Notes: generated by a model from the sequence alone, not told the origin. DNA of 59,946 bases from Clostridia bacterium (GCA_017467165.1 JAFTST010000033.1:1-59946), one strand, 5' to 3'. Shown: positions 10,111-20,445, numbered from the stretch's first letter. Made by a program: numbers and translations.

Positions 10111-12636
10111 TTAAATTCTTCTTTTTCTGAAAACGAACCAGAACAGCGCGAATCCACCGCCGCCGACTCCGACAACAGCGCCGACAACGATTGCTACGAG
10201 AGCTCCCGTGCCGAGTCCGTCGCTATCCCCGTCATCATCCGGCTTAGGCTCGGGTGTGGGCTCAAGATAGTCGCCGTACTCTCCGCCGCAGGTAGCGCAG
10301 ACAGCGCGCTTATCCTCTGTTGCCTCGCCGCCGCTGCAGTCTTCGGTCTCCGTATGAGTCGCGTCGTTGCCACAGACTCTCTTATGGGTTCCGTCGCCAT
10401 TGGATTTCCACTCGCCGAAGGAGTGTCCGAGAGCGGTGTTCTCGACCTCTACCGTATCGGTAGTGCCGCATCCGAGCTCACAGGTAGCCGTTTTAATCAC
10501 GTTTTCGGTGCAGGTGGGCTCTGTCTCGGTATAATTCTCAAAGACGTGGGGGATTGCAGGAATCACACCCCAGGTATCGAGGTTGTAGATACGAACCGTT
10601 CCATTCTCGTCCTCATAGCACAGACCGCAGTCGCAGACGTAATATGCCTCCTTGCCCGTCTCGGTGCAGGTAGGCTCCTTGGGCTCGACAGCCTCGGGCG
10701 CGCAGACGTGCTTGTAGATGGTGAAGGTATCAAACAACTGCTTCTGGTCGTCCATATCAAGGAAATAGGACTCAAGGGTGATGGATTCGTGGGTCACCTT
10801 GAAGCTTACCACGCTCTTTCTGTACTCGGAGTTCTCGCAGGCAACGTAATCCGCGCCCTCATATCTATCCTCGCAGAACTTACTTCCCGTGGAGGAGGAG
10901 GCGCACACATGAATAGTGCCCTTGGGGTCGGTAACGCTATTTTCGGTAACAACGTCCGAGCTTACAACCGTTCCGTCCATCATCTTGCTTCGCGCGTAGA
11001 TATGGTCGTGTCCGGAGAGAACCACGTCAATGCCAAGCTCGGTGAAGATGGGCGCCATAATCGCTCTGTACTTCTTGATTTCTCCCTCGTAGTACTTATA
11101 ATCGGGGGAGGAATGGTCGCCCGTGGAGAAGAGCGAGGTATGTAAAATGACTATTGTCCATCTTGCATCGGGATGCGCCGCCATAACCTCTTGCATAAAC
11201 TGCTTATGCTCGTTGGTGCCGTTATTCATCTCGAGGGCGGATGCGTCGGACATATTCAGATTCATAAAGAGAGTGTTGTTGTAGGTGAACCAATAGTCAG
11301 CGCTCGTAGAGCTGACACCGTACTTGTCGCTGAGATTGGGCACGTAGAAGTGATCCGAGTAGGATGCGAGGAATTGCTGGTTGCCGTCAGGGCTGTCGTG
11401 GTTGGGACCGACGGTGGGAGCGAAGGCTATGCTCGCCATCTCATCTACGAGGAAGTGAGAATATTCCTTCTCGTTATTCGCAATATTAATCTGGTCTCCC
11501 GAGGAAATAACGAGGTGCGTGTCAAACCACTTTCCTATCTTGGTCAGGGTGTCAGACCACTGCTGACCCTCATATTCGGTATCAAGCTGAGGGTCGCCTG
11601 CGAAAACAAATTCAAAGTCGCCCTGTCCGCCTGTGCTGAAATAGTATATATCGCTCATCTTGCCGTCAACAACGAAGGTGTACGCGTACTCGGTGCTCGC
11701 CTCAAGATCTGTGAGGGTAGCCTTCTTGGCGAAGTACTCCTCCTTGTTGATAGCGGGAGCAGAAGTAACGGTATAGGTAGCATACTCCGTCGGGAACACT
11801 CCGTCAACGACGTCAGCCGCCTTGGCAAGTCTTACCTCGCCTGCGGTCTCGGTGTTGGAGAACCAGCTGAGTCCTCTCTCGAGCTCGTGCGAGCCAACGC
11901 CAAGGACTACCTGCTCTGCCACGATGACAACCGGCTCAACGTAGGAGAGGGTCATCTTCTCAATACCGAAGTATATATCGGCGGTGCCGGACGATCCGGC
12001 GTCGTGCACCTCAATCGCGAGCTGGTTTGTTCCGTTCTTGAGAGCGCTGGCGAATTTCGCTCCGGACATAACGACGTCGTGCTCCTGTCCGGTTCCAGAG
12101 CTGTAGTACATATTCGTGCCCGTGGGCTGCGAGGTACGGCAGTCGTATACTAAAACTCCATTTATGTACATCGCGAAGGAATCATCAACGTACGCTAACA
12201 ACGAAAGTGTATTGTAAAGAGATGCGTCCTCTACCTCAAAGGTGGTTCTGAAGAAGAAGGTGGGTATAACGGTGCTTCCGTCAGACTCGTACAAATTAAG
12301 CAGATAAAGAGGAGTTTTTCCACTTATCGCAGAAGGAGTCTTCTTGCCCTCACGCGAGCCGAAGGAGCCCACTCCTGACTTCCAGGAGCTGTCATCAAAG
12401 TCGGAAAGAGTCCACGCGGTCAGGGATGAAAGACCCGCCGCAGGGTCTGTACCGTTGTCAAGATACTTGTATTTCGTTCTTTTGTTAGCAATCTCAAGCG
12501 GCTCGGTCGCCGTAGCCTGAGAGCCGGTCTCTGTGTCGCCGGTGCCGTCGGTTGCGAGCGCCATAACGCAGAACATAGCGATAAGCAGCGTCAGCATAAG
12601 CAGAAGCGCTAAAGACCTGGTGATTCCTTTTCTCAT
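10111..12636 (-). CDS. Secreted, membrane-anchored metallophosphoesterase (purple acid phosphatase-like) with N-terminal beta-sandwich and Cys-rich repeats
   Basis: Signal peptide; GDPQ, GDQ, NHD and GHDH metallophos motifs; PTCTE repeats; C-terminal TM followed by RKRR. Confidence 0.85.
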   Translation of the reverse strand: MRKGITRSLALLLMLTLLIAMFCVMALATDGTGDTETGSQATATEPLEIANKRTKYKYLDNGTDPAAGLSSLTAWTLSDFDDSSWKSGVGSFGSREGKKTPSAISGKTPLYLLNLYESDGSTVIPTFFFRTTFEVEDASLYNTLSLLAYVDDSFAMYINGVLVYDCRTSQPTGTNMYYSSGTGQEHDVVMSGAKFASALKNGTNQLAIEVHDAGSSGTADIYFGIEKMTLSYVEPVVIVAEQVVLGVGSHELERGLSWFSNTETAGEVRLAKAADVVDGVFPTEYATYTVTSAPAINKEEYFAKKATLTDLEASTEYAYTFVVDGKMSDIYYFSTGGQGDFEFVFAGDPQLDTEYEGQQWSDTLTKIGKWFDTHLVISSGDQINIANNEKEYSHFLVDEMASIAFAPTVGPNHDSPDGNQQFLASYSDHFYVPNLSDKYGVSSTSADYWFTYNNTLFMNLNMSDASALEMNNGTNEHKQFMQEVMAAHPDARWTIVILHTSLFSTGDHSSPDYKYYEGEIKKYRAIMAPIFTELGIDVVLSGHDHIYARSKMMDGTVVSSDVVTENSVTDPKGTIHVCASSSTGSKFCEDRYEGADYVACENSEYRKSVVSFKVTHESITLESYFLDMDDQKQLFDTFTIYKHVCAPEAVEPKEPTCTETGKEAYYVCDCGLCYEDENGTVRIYNLDTWGVIPAIPHVFENYTETEPTCTENVIKTATCELGCGTTDTVEVENTALGHSFGEWKSNGDGTHKRVCGNDATHTETEDCSGGEATEDKRAVCATCGGEYGDYLEPTPEPKPDDDGDSDGLGTGALVAIVVGAVVGVGGGGFALFWFVFRKRRI

Positions 12637-12859
12637 TTTCGTTCTCCATTTCAATAGGTTGTTTCGCAATTATTTTGCTTAAGTGTATTCTACCAAAATA
12701 TCCGAGTCTTGTCAATGAGTCCCGCGCTTTCTTATTAAAAGCATATAAAAATACCGCGCGAAAATAATGCTAAAAGCACAAAAAACGTTTGACTTTTCTG
12801 CCCGAGCGCCACCTTTTCTTCGTTGACCCGGTGGCACTTCGCCTCTTTCGCTTTTGGCG

Positions 12860-13591
12860 CTAATTTTTTCTCATCTGGCGAAGGAAAAAGAGCACCGCAA
12901 GGGCAGTAGCCAAGGCGGCGTAGCCCAAAACCCAACACAGATGCGGCAGTGCGACCGAGAGCTCACCCGCGAGGGCGGCTCGCTCCATCTCAACCGCGTG
13001 CACGAACGGAAGGGCGTGAGCGACGCTCCTGAAGGCGCCGCCAACGAGCTCGAGGTCAAACCACACGCCCGAGAGCCAGGCGGTGAGGTTGGTGAGCAGA
13101 GCGCCGCAGATTCCCCCGACCTGCTTGTCTGTGAGAATACTGCCGAAAAGCAGACCGAGAGCTATAAACAAGAGAGCTATCGGGATTAAGAAAAGGATGG
13201 CGAGAAATATACCGAGGCTGAAATCAAGCCCGAGAACCAGCGCCGCAAGATAACAGACTATGCACTGAGCCACAGAAAAAGGCAGAATGGGCAGAGTGTA
13301 CCCAAGGATAAAGTCAAGGGGCGTGAGGGGGGTCGTGTAGAGCCTTTCCAAAAGCGCGCTGCCTCTGTCCTTGGCTATCAGCGAGGCGGAAAACAGCGTC
13401 ATAAAGGACAGCCCGAATACCGTTATACCCGGGGTAAGCTTCTGTATTTCAAATAGCGGCACGGGTATATTCGCCTGTATGGCGGTAAGAAGCAGAAGAA
13501 GCACCAAAGGAAAACCAAGACCGAAAAGAATTGTCAGGGGGTCGCGGATTATTTCCTTCGTATTTCTCTTAGCCAGAGCTAACATTTTCAT
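12860..13591 (-). CDS. ABC-2 type transporter permease
   Basis: RDPL..LF...FPL N-terminus; six hydrophobic segments; adjacent to ABC ATPase. Confidence 0.88.
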   Translation of the reverse strand: MKMLALAKRNTKEIIRDPLTILFGLGFPLVLLLLLTAIQANIPVPLFEIQKLTPGITVFGLSFMTLFSASLIAKDRGSALLERLYTTPLTPLDFILGYTLPILPFSVAQCIVCYLAALVLGLDFSLGIFLAILFLIPIALLFIALGLLFGSILTDKQVGGICGALLTNLTAWLSGVWFDLELVGGAFRSVAHALPFVHAVEMERAALAGELSVALPHLCWVLGYAALATALAVLFFLRQMRKN

Positions 13592-14316
13592 TCCGACACC
13601 CCCTTGACTATGCGTATAAAGGCTTCCTCAAAGCTGTCCGTGCCCGCGATCTCTTTGATTTTCTCTGCGGTATCCAGAACAAGAAGCCTGCCGTCCCTCA
13701 TAATAGCTATTCTGTCAGAGAGCGCCTCCGCCTCCTCCATATAGTGAGTGGTCAGGACTATCGTTACCCTGCCCTTCAGCGAGCGGATAATATCCCACAG
13801 CTCGCTCCTGGCGATGACGTCAAGCCCGAGGGTTGGCTCGTCGAGAAATAGTATTTTCGGCTCGCTTATCAGCGCCATAGCTATGCTGAGCCTTCTCTGC
13901 CAGCCGCCCGACAGCTTCCCCGCTCTTCTGTCAATAACCTCGATAAGCCCCATAAGCGCGACAAGCTCCTCGATTTTCTCGCTACGCAGAGCTCCGCGAA
14001 AGCCGTGGACACCCGCTATCAGCTCGAGGTTCTCCCTGACGGTGAGTCCGGGAGCAACGGCAGTTTCCTGTGGTGAGTGGGCTATCATAGCCTTGACCTC
14101 TCCTGTGTCCGCTCGTATGCTCTTTCCAAAAAGCAAGGCATCTCCCTCGGTGGGAGAGCTGAGACAGCATAGCATTTTAATAGTAGTGGTCTTTCCCGCG
14201 CCGTTGACTCCCAAAAGAGAAAGCAGCTCGCCCTCGGCTACCGATAGTGAAAGACCGTCGACGGCGAGTATATCGCCGTATCTTTTCGTAAGTCCTTTAA
14301 TAGTGATAGCGTCCAT
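13588..14316 (-). CDS. ABC transporter ATP-binding protein
   Basis: GVNGAGKTT Walker A, LSGG signature, ILFLDEPT Walker B, TTHYMEEA. Confidence 0.95.
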   Translation of the reverse strand: MDAITIKGLTKRYGDILAVDGLSLSVAEGELLSLLGVNGAGKTTTIKMLCCLSSPTEGDALLFGKSIRADTGEVKAMIAHSPQETAVAPGLTVRENLELIAGVHGFRGALRSEKIEELVALMGLIEVIDRRAGKLSGGWQRRLSIAMALISEPKILFLDEPTLGLDVIARSELWDIIRSLKGRVTIVLTTHYMEEAEALSDRIAIMRDGRLLVLDTAEKIKEIAGTDSFEEAFIRIVKGVSE

Positions 14317-14879
14317 CAGTCATCCTCCGCAGTGTGCCTCAGCCTGACTCCCTGATACAGGTCGCTGATAATTCTTGACACCAGCTCCTCATCAAGCGAA
14401 AGGAAGGACGTGGCAATCATCGCGCCTATACCGTGGACACAGGTCCACATTTCTAAGTGCATAAGCCTCGCCGTCTGTATATCGACGCCGTTCATTTTCC
14501 CGATAAGCTCCGCCGAGGCTTCAAAATCGGGCGATGCTGAAATATCCTCTCCCGTCCTGTCGCGCATAAAAAGCAGCTTGAAAAGCTCTCTTTCCTCCCT
14601 GGCGAAGCGGATATAAGCCATACCGTACGCCTTGTATTTCGGGTATCTTCCGCTCCCGTCCTCTCTCTCAAGAAAGCCGAGATATAAGCCGTATGCTGCG
14701 GCAATAGTAGCCTCCTTCAGCTCGCTCATGCTCGAAAAATTGGAAAAGACGGGCTGTGTCGAGCAATTTAATGCCGTGGCAATCGCCCTTGCATTTATAG
14801 CTCCCTCTCCGCCCTCTCTGACAAGCGAGAGCGCTGTTGAAACTATATCCTCTCTTGTGATTTTAACCTTTGGCGGCAT
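14316..14879 (-). CDS. TetR/AcrR family regulator (WHG-like C-terminus)
   Basis: MPPKVKITREDIV...INARAIA..LNCSTQPVF HTH; WTCVHG. Confidence 0.9.
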   Translation of the reverse strand: MPPKVKITREDIVSTALSLVREGGEGAINARAIATALNCSTQPVFSNFSSMSELKEATIAAAYGLYLGFLEREDGSGRYPKYKAYGMAYIRFAREERELFKLLFMRDRTGEDISASPDFEASAELIGKMNGVDIQTARLMHLEMWTCVHGIGAMIATSFLSLDEELVSRIISDLYQGVRLRHTAEDD

Positions 14880-15079
14880 ATTGTCCTCCTTTAGATAACA
14901 CTTGTTATATATCGTATGTTATTTTATCACACAGAGGGCTGCTTGTCAAGAGGCTGAGTATATTTTTCTGTCGAGAAGGCGCACCTCTGTGAATTTCTGC
15001 GTTTTCCGTGGAATTATTGACAAGCGGAAAAATATATAGTATATTTAGCTTAGAAAACTATCGCGTGAGGAGAAAATAT

Positions 15080-16018
15080 ATGATTTACTACAACAAGCAA
15101 GAAACCGAGGGTGAGGGCGCGATATTCGTCAAGGATATCGGCTGGTTTTCGCACGAGGAGATGGGAATTATTCCCGAGGCAGAGAAAAACTGCCTCGACT
15201 ACTACCTCACCTACAAGCTGGATGACTATTATACCGACGAGGTGTACCAGCAAGAGGAAAAGACTCCAACCTCAGTCGACTGTCTGATTGACGGCGGCAA
15301 GCACATAGGCTTTTGTTTCCACGGTATCAGTATGCTTTTCGACGAGCCGAAGGAGCCTTATGACCGCACGAACTACACACGAAGGAGCAAGCTGGGCTCG
15401 TCCTATAAGCACGAGAACGGAAAAATGGTTATACCCCAGGTTGAGCTTTTCTTCAGCCTGTCATATATCGACAGATACTTAAAGGAGCACAAGGTTATAG
15501 ACTACTACCTCTTCCACGGATACCCCACCATCGAGGAGCTGATTATTCCCGAGGGTGTCGAGGTGATTCGCGAAAAGGCGTTTTCAAGCTGCAAGAACCT
15601 GAGGAAAATTGTAATTCCGCGCTCGGTGAAAACGATTGAGGAGGAGGCATTCAGCTTCTGCCCGAGTCTTGACGAGGTATATATCCTTGGCGCGGCAGAG
15701 GTAGCTCCGCTCGCTTTCAAGAGGTGCGACCACCTCACAGTATCCTTTGGCCCCGAGACGAAAATCAACTACTATTCCTTCTACATATACGAAAGATACG
15801 GAAAAATCGGCGGAAGTGCTTATTGGACGAACTACGGCTTTGACCACTACGCCGTGGACAAGGTGCTCTTTGACGGTACGAGGGAGCAGTATATTGAATA
15901 TCTTGACGGCAACCCCGAGCTGAAGGAGTATCTTGAATGCAAGGAAGCAAGATTTTACTCGGAGAGCGAAAAGGACGGCTGCTGGCGCTTCGTCGACGGG
16001 ATACCAACCGAGTGGTAA
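15080..16018 (+). CDS. BspA-type leucine-rich repeat (LRR_5) protein
   Basis: IIPEGVEVIREKAFSSCKNLRKIVIPRSVKTIEEEAF repeats; start placed at MIYYN after GAGGAG. Confidence 0.8.
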   Translation: MIYYNKQETEGEGAIFVKDIGWFSHEEMGIIPEAEKNCLDYYLTYKLDDYYTDEVYQQEEKTPTSVDCLIDGGKHIGFCFHGISMLFDEPKEPYDRTNYTRRSKLGSSYKHENGKMVIPQVELFFSLSYIDRYLKEHKVIDYYLFHGYPTIEELIIPEGVEVIREKAFSSCKNLRKIVIPRSVKTIEEEAFSFCPSLDEVYILGAAEVAPLAFKRCDHLTVSFGPETKINYYSFYIYERYGKIGGSAYWTNYGFDHYAVDKVLFDGTREQYIEYLDGNPELKEYLECKEARFYSESEKDGCWRFVDGIPTEW

Positions 16019-16021
16019 GCT

Positions 16022-16186
16022 ATAAATATACAATTATTTAACGGCTGGTATTTCTTATTTCTTTTCCTGTCCTTCGGAGGATTTGCAGGACTGTATTTTC
16101 TGCTCAGAGGCAGAAGCGAGCGGACGGTCAAGGCGCTTTTTATAAGAATGCGCGGCGAAGCACGACAAGAGGCAGAAATCGATTAA
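16022..16186 (+). pseudogene. 5' remnant of a paralogue of the membrane protein at 53484-54434
   Basis: Translates INIQLFNGWYFLFLFLSFGGFAGLYFLLRGRSERTVKALF versus MVIEMFNGWYFLWLALSAGAIVGLYFALRRASYKVQRGVLF; ATA in place of ATG; stop after 54 codons. Confidence 0.75.
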
Positions 16187-16314
16187 GGACTCCGGAAGGT
16201 CCCTCCGCTTTATACAACCCGGGCTTTGACAGAAGTGAAGTAAATTCGTGAATTGCAGGTGGTTTCCTGCAAAAAATATATCTGTAACTCAAACACAGAT
16301 ATGAGGATTAATTG

Positions 16315-17262
16315 ATGAAAATTTTGAAATTAATAGGAAAAATTCTTTTGTCAGCCGTAGCTTGCGTGCTTGTTCTGGCGGTTCTGACCATAGGTGGACT
16401 CAACGTCGCTAAGTACGGGATATACAAGGAATTCTATTCGATAAGGACGAATATATGCAAGAACCCGGGACTGTCCGACGGCTTCGTATGTCAGGGAATT
16501 GCCGCGGATGAGGAAAACGAGATATTTCTCGTTTCGGGATATATGAAGGACAAAAGCGCGTCCAGGATATATATAACCAACGAGCAAAACGACTCCTATC
16601 ACGTGAGTCTTGTCAAGGGAGGCGAGGCTTTCACAGGACACGCGGGCGGAATTGCCGTCACACGGGGTACCGTATATCTCGCAAGCGGAAAAAGAATTTA
16701 TTCCCTTCCCCTCTCTGTGCTGCTCGAGGCTGAGGCTGGCGAGGTGATCGAGATAGGCGAGGGCGTCAGGGTTAATAACTCCGCCTCCTTCGTTTTCACA
16801 GACGAGGAATATCTCTACGTTGGAGAATTTCATGACGGCGGCGCTTATCAGACCAGCCACACTTATATGACGCCGAGCGGAGAAAACAACGCGATAATAT
16901 CGAGATACAAGCTGGGCAAGCTTGACGCGCCCGACAGAATATATTCAATTCCCGACAAGGTACAGGGAGTGGCATTCACCCCCGACGGCAAGATAGTGTT
17001 CTCCACCTCGTACGGAATTACCGACAGCGTATATTATGTCTATGACGCATCGGAGATTATTCCCACCGAGCACACCCTTGACGGAGCTCCCGTATACTTC
17101 CTTGGAGAATGTATAAAGAAAATCAAGGGCCCCGCCATGAGCGAGGACCTTGACTGGTATGAAGGACGGGTTATTTCTCTGTCAGAGAGTGCGTCTGATA
17201 AGTATATATTCGGTAAACTTTTCTTTGCAAATAAGATATACAGTCTTGACTATAACGGCTAA
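16315..17262 (+). CDS. Membrane-anchored hypothetical protein, probable beta-propeller
   Basis: N-terminal TM; CQGIA, HAGGIA, VQGVAF, STSYG and MSEDL blade-like motifs. Confidence 0.7.
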   Translation: MKILKLIGKILLSAVACVLVLAVLTIGGLNVAKYGIYKEFYSIRTNICKNPGLSDGFVCQGIAADEENEIFLVSGYMKDKSASRIYITNEQNDSYHVSLVKGGEAFTGHAGGIAVTRGTVYLASGKRIYSLPLSVLLEAEAGEVIEIGEGVRVNNSASFVFTDEEYLYVGEFHDGGAYQTSHTYMTPSGENNAIISRYKLGKLDAPDRIYSIPDKVQGVAFTPDGKIVFSTSYGITDSVYYVYDASEIIPTEHTLDGAPVYFLGECIKKIKGPAMSEDLDWYEGRVISLSESASDKYIFGKLFFANKIYSLDYNG

Positions 17263-17292
17263 TTATTTTTCACACGGGTGGGCATCAACCCC

Positions 17293-17778
17293 TCAGTTGA
17301 GAAAATAAATTCCGAGGTTGAGATAACCTGCGAAAAGCACCCACGCGGCGTAGGGTATCTGAAGGTAAGCCGCAACGGGAAGAACCTTAAAGTAGCTGAC
17401 TATGGTCTTGATTATCAGATACAAAAGAATAGCAAGGCAGACGAACGCCGCAAGCGGCGAGCGAAGATTGAAGAATATTATACTCCAGGCGAAGTTGAAG
17501 ACGAGGCTGATGGCAAAGCTTTTCAGTCCTGCCCTTGCATCCGGCTCGGACAGATATCGGTTGACATAGACTACGCCCGCGCTGACGCCCATAAGAATAT
17601 AAAGCACGCTCCAGACGATAGGAAAAAGAATTGCGGGCGGCGAGAGCGGCGGAGTGTTCAGGGTTTCGTAGATATTCATACTCTCCCGAGTCAGAATGGC
17701 GGCTAGCGCTCCGACACCGAGCGATATCGCGACGCCTATGCCAACGGGCAATAGATAGGGCTTTAATTTATTCCACAT
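17293..17778 (-). CDS. tspO: TspO/MBR family tryptophan-rich sensory protein
   Basis: Y..L..PPLSPP..LFPIVWSVLYILMG; LVFNFAWSIIFF; QIPYAAWVLFAGYLN. Confidence 0.9.
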   Translation of the reverse strand: MWNKLKPYLLPVGIGVAISLGVGALAAILTRESMNIYETLNTPPLSPPAILFPIVWSVLYILMGVSAGVVYVNRYLSEPDARAGLKSFAISLVFNFAWSIIFFNLRSPLAAFVCLAILLYLIIKTIVSYFKVLPVAAYLQIPYAAWVLFAGYLNLGIYFLN

Positions 17779-17890
17779 ATTTCCTCCTGTATTTTCTTTC
17801 GATATTATTATAGTACCCTCTGTGATAAATTATGACAGTCGGGGATAAATATGAAAAAACGTGAGAAAATACAAACGGAGGTGATAAAAA

Positions 17891-18325
17891 ATGATAGAAA
17901 AGGATACTATACGCCTGCTACGCGAATGTGACGCGGGATTAAAGATGGGCGTTCAGTCGATAGACGACGTTGTCAACAGGGTGAAGTCGCACAAGCTCAG
18001 AGGAGCCCTTCTCTGCTGTAAGGACGAGCACAACCGTATGAAGCGCGAGATTAACCGTCTGCTCGACAGATACCACGACAACGGCAAAAACCCGGGTATG
18101 CTTGTAAAAAATATGTCGAAAATGAAGACCACGATGCGCCTCGCTATGAACGACTCGGACAGCACGGTTGCTTCGCTTATGACAGACGGCTGTAATATGG
18201 GAATCAAGTCGCTCTCAAGATACCTTAACGAGTTTAAGGCGGCAGAGGAGCAGGCGAAGGATATAACCAAAAAGCTCATAGCGACGGAGGAGCAGCTGGC
18301 GAAGGATATGAGAGGCTTTCTTTGA
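17891..18325 (+). CDS. Conserved clostridial ferritin-like hypothetical protein
   Basis: DTIRLLRECDAGLKMG...LMTDGCNMGIKSLSRYLN; GGAGGTG SD. Confidence 0.75.
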   Translation: MIEKDTIRLLRECDAGLKMGVQSIDDVVNRVKSHKLRGALLCCKDEHNRMKREINRLLDRYHDNGKNPGMLVKNMSKMKTTMRLAMNDSDSTVASLMTDGCNMGIKSLSRYLNEFKAAEEQAKDITKKLIATEEQLAKDMRGFL

Positions 18326-18465
18326 TAGGCTTCTCGCTTAGGTATAGTTATTATAAAGACAGAGGCAAAATTAAAGTGCCTCTGTTTTGTTTTTTTGGGG
18401 TTGTAATTTTCTTTTTTATATATTATAATCTTGTTAGGAAAATCAAAATTAAAAAGGAGCGCTAT

Positions 18466-19143
18466 ATGTACAGGTATGAAATGCACATTCATTCCGAACC
18501 CTGCTCGGGCGGAGGAAGCGATATTATAAAGGAAATCGACGCCCTGAGAGAGCGCGGATACGCGGGTATGGTGATAACCAACCACTTTTATTTCGGAGAT
18601 ACGAGAATTGACCGCTCGCTCCCCTGGAACGAATTTGTCGATGCGTACAGGCAGGACTATGAAAGAGGAAAAAAATATGCCGATGAGCTTGACTTCGATG
18701 TTCTTTTCGGCATCGAGGAGCACGTTGGCGACGGCCTTGAGGTATTGGTGTACGGAGTTACACCTGATTTTCTCGAGAAAAATACAATTCTTATGGAAAG
18801 TCGCGTTGAGGATTATATAAGGCTCGTGCACGAGGCGGGGGGGATGCTCTTTCAGTCGCACCCCTATCGCGACAGATACTATATCAGAAAGCCCGGCCCT
18901 CTTCCCTGCCTTGAGGAGCTCGACGGCATCGAGGTATACAACGCGGCTAATCACCCCGAGGAAAACGAGCTTGCAAGAGAGCTTGCAGAAAGTCTTGGAC
19001 TCAAGTGTGTAGCCGGCTCGGACGCGCACAGCCTGTCGTCCTGCGGAAAGGCAGGCATCGACTCTCCCGAGAGACTCCGCACAGGCGAAGACCTGGTGCG
19101 TATCCTGAAAAGCGGAAATTACAAGCTCTACAAGGGAGAATAA
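18466..19143 (+). CDS. PHP domain metal-dependent phosphoesterase
   Basis: EMHIHS, ITNH, GIEE, SHPYR, GIEVYN and AGSDAH motifs; start after AAGGAG. Confidence 0.9.
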   Translation: MYRYEMHIHSEPCSGGGSDIIKEIDALRERGYAGMVITNHFYFGDTRIDRSLPWNEFVDAYRQDYERGKKYADELDFDVLFGIEEHVGDGLEVLVYGVTPDFLEKNTILMESRVEDYIRLVHEAGGMLFQSHPYRDRYYIRKPGPLPCLEELDGIEVYNAANHPEENELARELAESLGLKCVAGSDAHSLSSCGKAGIDSPERLRTGEDLVRILKSGNYKLYKGE

Positions 19144-19259
19144 CTTTTAGCTGAATAAAAATGGCTGAGCCAATCGCTTAACTGTAAGCTTTTGACTCAG
19201 CCTTTCGTTTTTCCCCTGTCACGGCGGGATTATCGACGTTTTTTCTCTTCGTAAGCTTA

Positions 19260-19985
19260 TCACAGCTCGGGTTCGAAGCAGGGCATAAGCTCAAGCTTAA
19301 AGAGATTTTTCTTATGAAGATAGTCAATTCTCTTTTTCTTTTCCTTATCCTCAATCTCGCCCGTGCGGATATACCTGTCAAGCTCCGCGTAGGTAAAGCC
19401 GAGATTGTCCTCGTCGGTCTTTCCGCACAGGCCGTCGGCAGGAACCTTTTCTATAAGCTCGCGGGGCAGGTCGAGTGTTCTTCCTATCTGTATAACCTCG
19501 TTGACAGTCAGGCGGGACAGCGGACTGAAATCTCCGACCGAGTCGCCGTAGCGAGTGGAATATCCAACCCAATCCTCGCTGAGATTGCAGGTATTAGCCA
19601 CCCTGCCGTTACAGCACTGTGACACGGCGTAGAGCGCCGCCATTCTTATTCTCGGGGGCATATTGATGCGGCTCTGCTCCGAGAGCTCCATCGGTATAGC
19701 GCTTTTCAATCCCTCGACCGCATCGTGTATATTGACGACGTAGTGCCTGATTCCGAGATGCTCTACAAGCCTGTATGACGAGTCGATATCCGCCTGCTCG
19801 CCGTTTGGCATCAGGACTCCGATTACCCTGTCGCGCCCAAGCGCCTCCACGCACAGAGCGGCAACTATGGAGCTATCCTTTCCGCCCGATATACCGAGCA
19901 CGGCGTTACAGCCCTCGCCGTTTTCTCTGAAAAATGCGCGTATCCACTCAACGCAGTCGTCTTTAACCTTAACTCTATCAAACAT
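19260..19985 (-). CDS. nadE: NH3-dependent NAD+ synthetase
   Basis: LGISGGKDS PP-loop, RIRM, N.SE..VGYST.YGD, TDEDNLGFTY. Confidence 0.95.
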   Translation of the reverse strand: MFDRVKVKDDCVEWIRAFFRENGEGCNAVLGISGGKDSSIVAALCVEALGRDRVIGVLMPNGEQADIDSSYRLVEHLGIRHYVVNIHDAVEGLKSAIPMELSEQSRINMPPRIRMAALYAVSQCCNGRVANTCNLSEDWVGYSTRYGDSVGDFSPLSRLTVNEVIQIGRTLDLPRELIEKVPADGLCGKTDEDNLGFTYAELDRYIRTGEIEDKEKKKRIDYLHKKNLFKLELMPCFEPEL

Positions 19986-20125
19986 ATTTCTCTCCCCTGA
20001 TAATCAATTAGTTTTCATAGGGCTTCCCTGTCGGAAGCGTGTGGCATCTGTACGAGAGCTTTTTCCGCGTCGAGCCGCCTGTCACACAGAAATGATAGGC
20101 TCTCCTGATATGCCCCTCTGAAACA

Positions 20126-20154
20126 AGTATACTATATTTTTCTCTAATTGACAA
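20126..20154 (-). promoter_or_regulatory. sigmaA promoter of nadE
   Basis: TTGTCA-17 nt-TATACT on the minus strand. Confidence 0.55.
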
Positions 20155-20314
20155 GTGTGATATTTTTTGGTACTGGAATCAGCTCCGAGCTTTTTTATCG
20201 GATAGACAAGACGCGGCGAGGGTGCTATAAGCATTTGACAGACAGGTTTTGGTTATTTTATACAAAAATGGAAAATGTTTTTAGTAACAAGTCGTAGAAA
20301 AAATAAAAAAACTC

Positions 20315-20342
20315 TTGACTTATATTATATATTTGATATAAT
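20315..20342 (+). promoter_or_regulatory. sigmaA promoter of the hexuronide unit
   Basis: TTGACT-16 nt-TATAAT with extended -10 TG. Confidence 0.7.
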
Positions 20343-20445
20343 ACATACGGATAATACATTGGCACACCCACGGCGAGACACAACTCACAGGCTGGTGTGC
20401 TTTTTTATGCCCAAAGAAAAATATTAAAGAAAGGTATTGACAATA

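Noticed and set aside
10354-12153. Long antisense ORFs (10354-11145, 11173-12153; likewise 22587-23846 and 17953-19029)
   Set aside because: They lie opposite well-supported genes with strong codon bias and show no recognisable motifs
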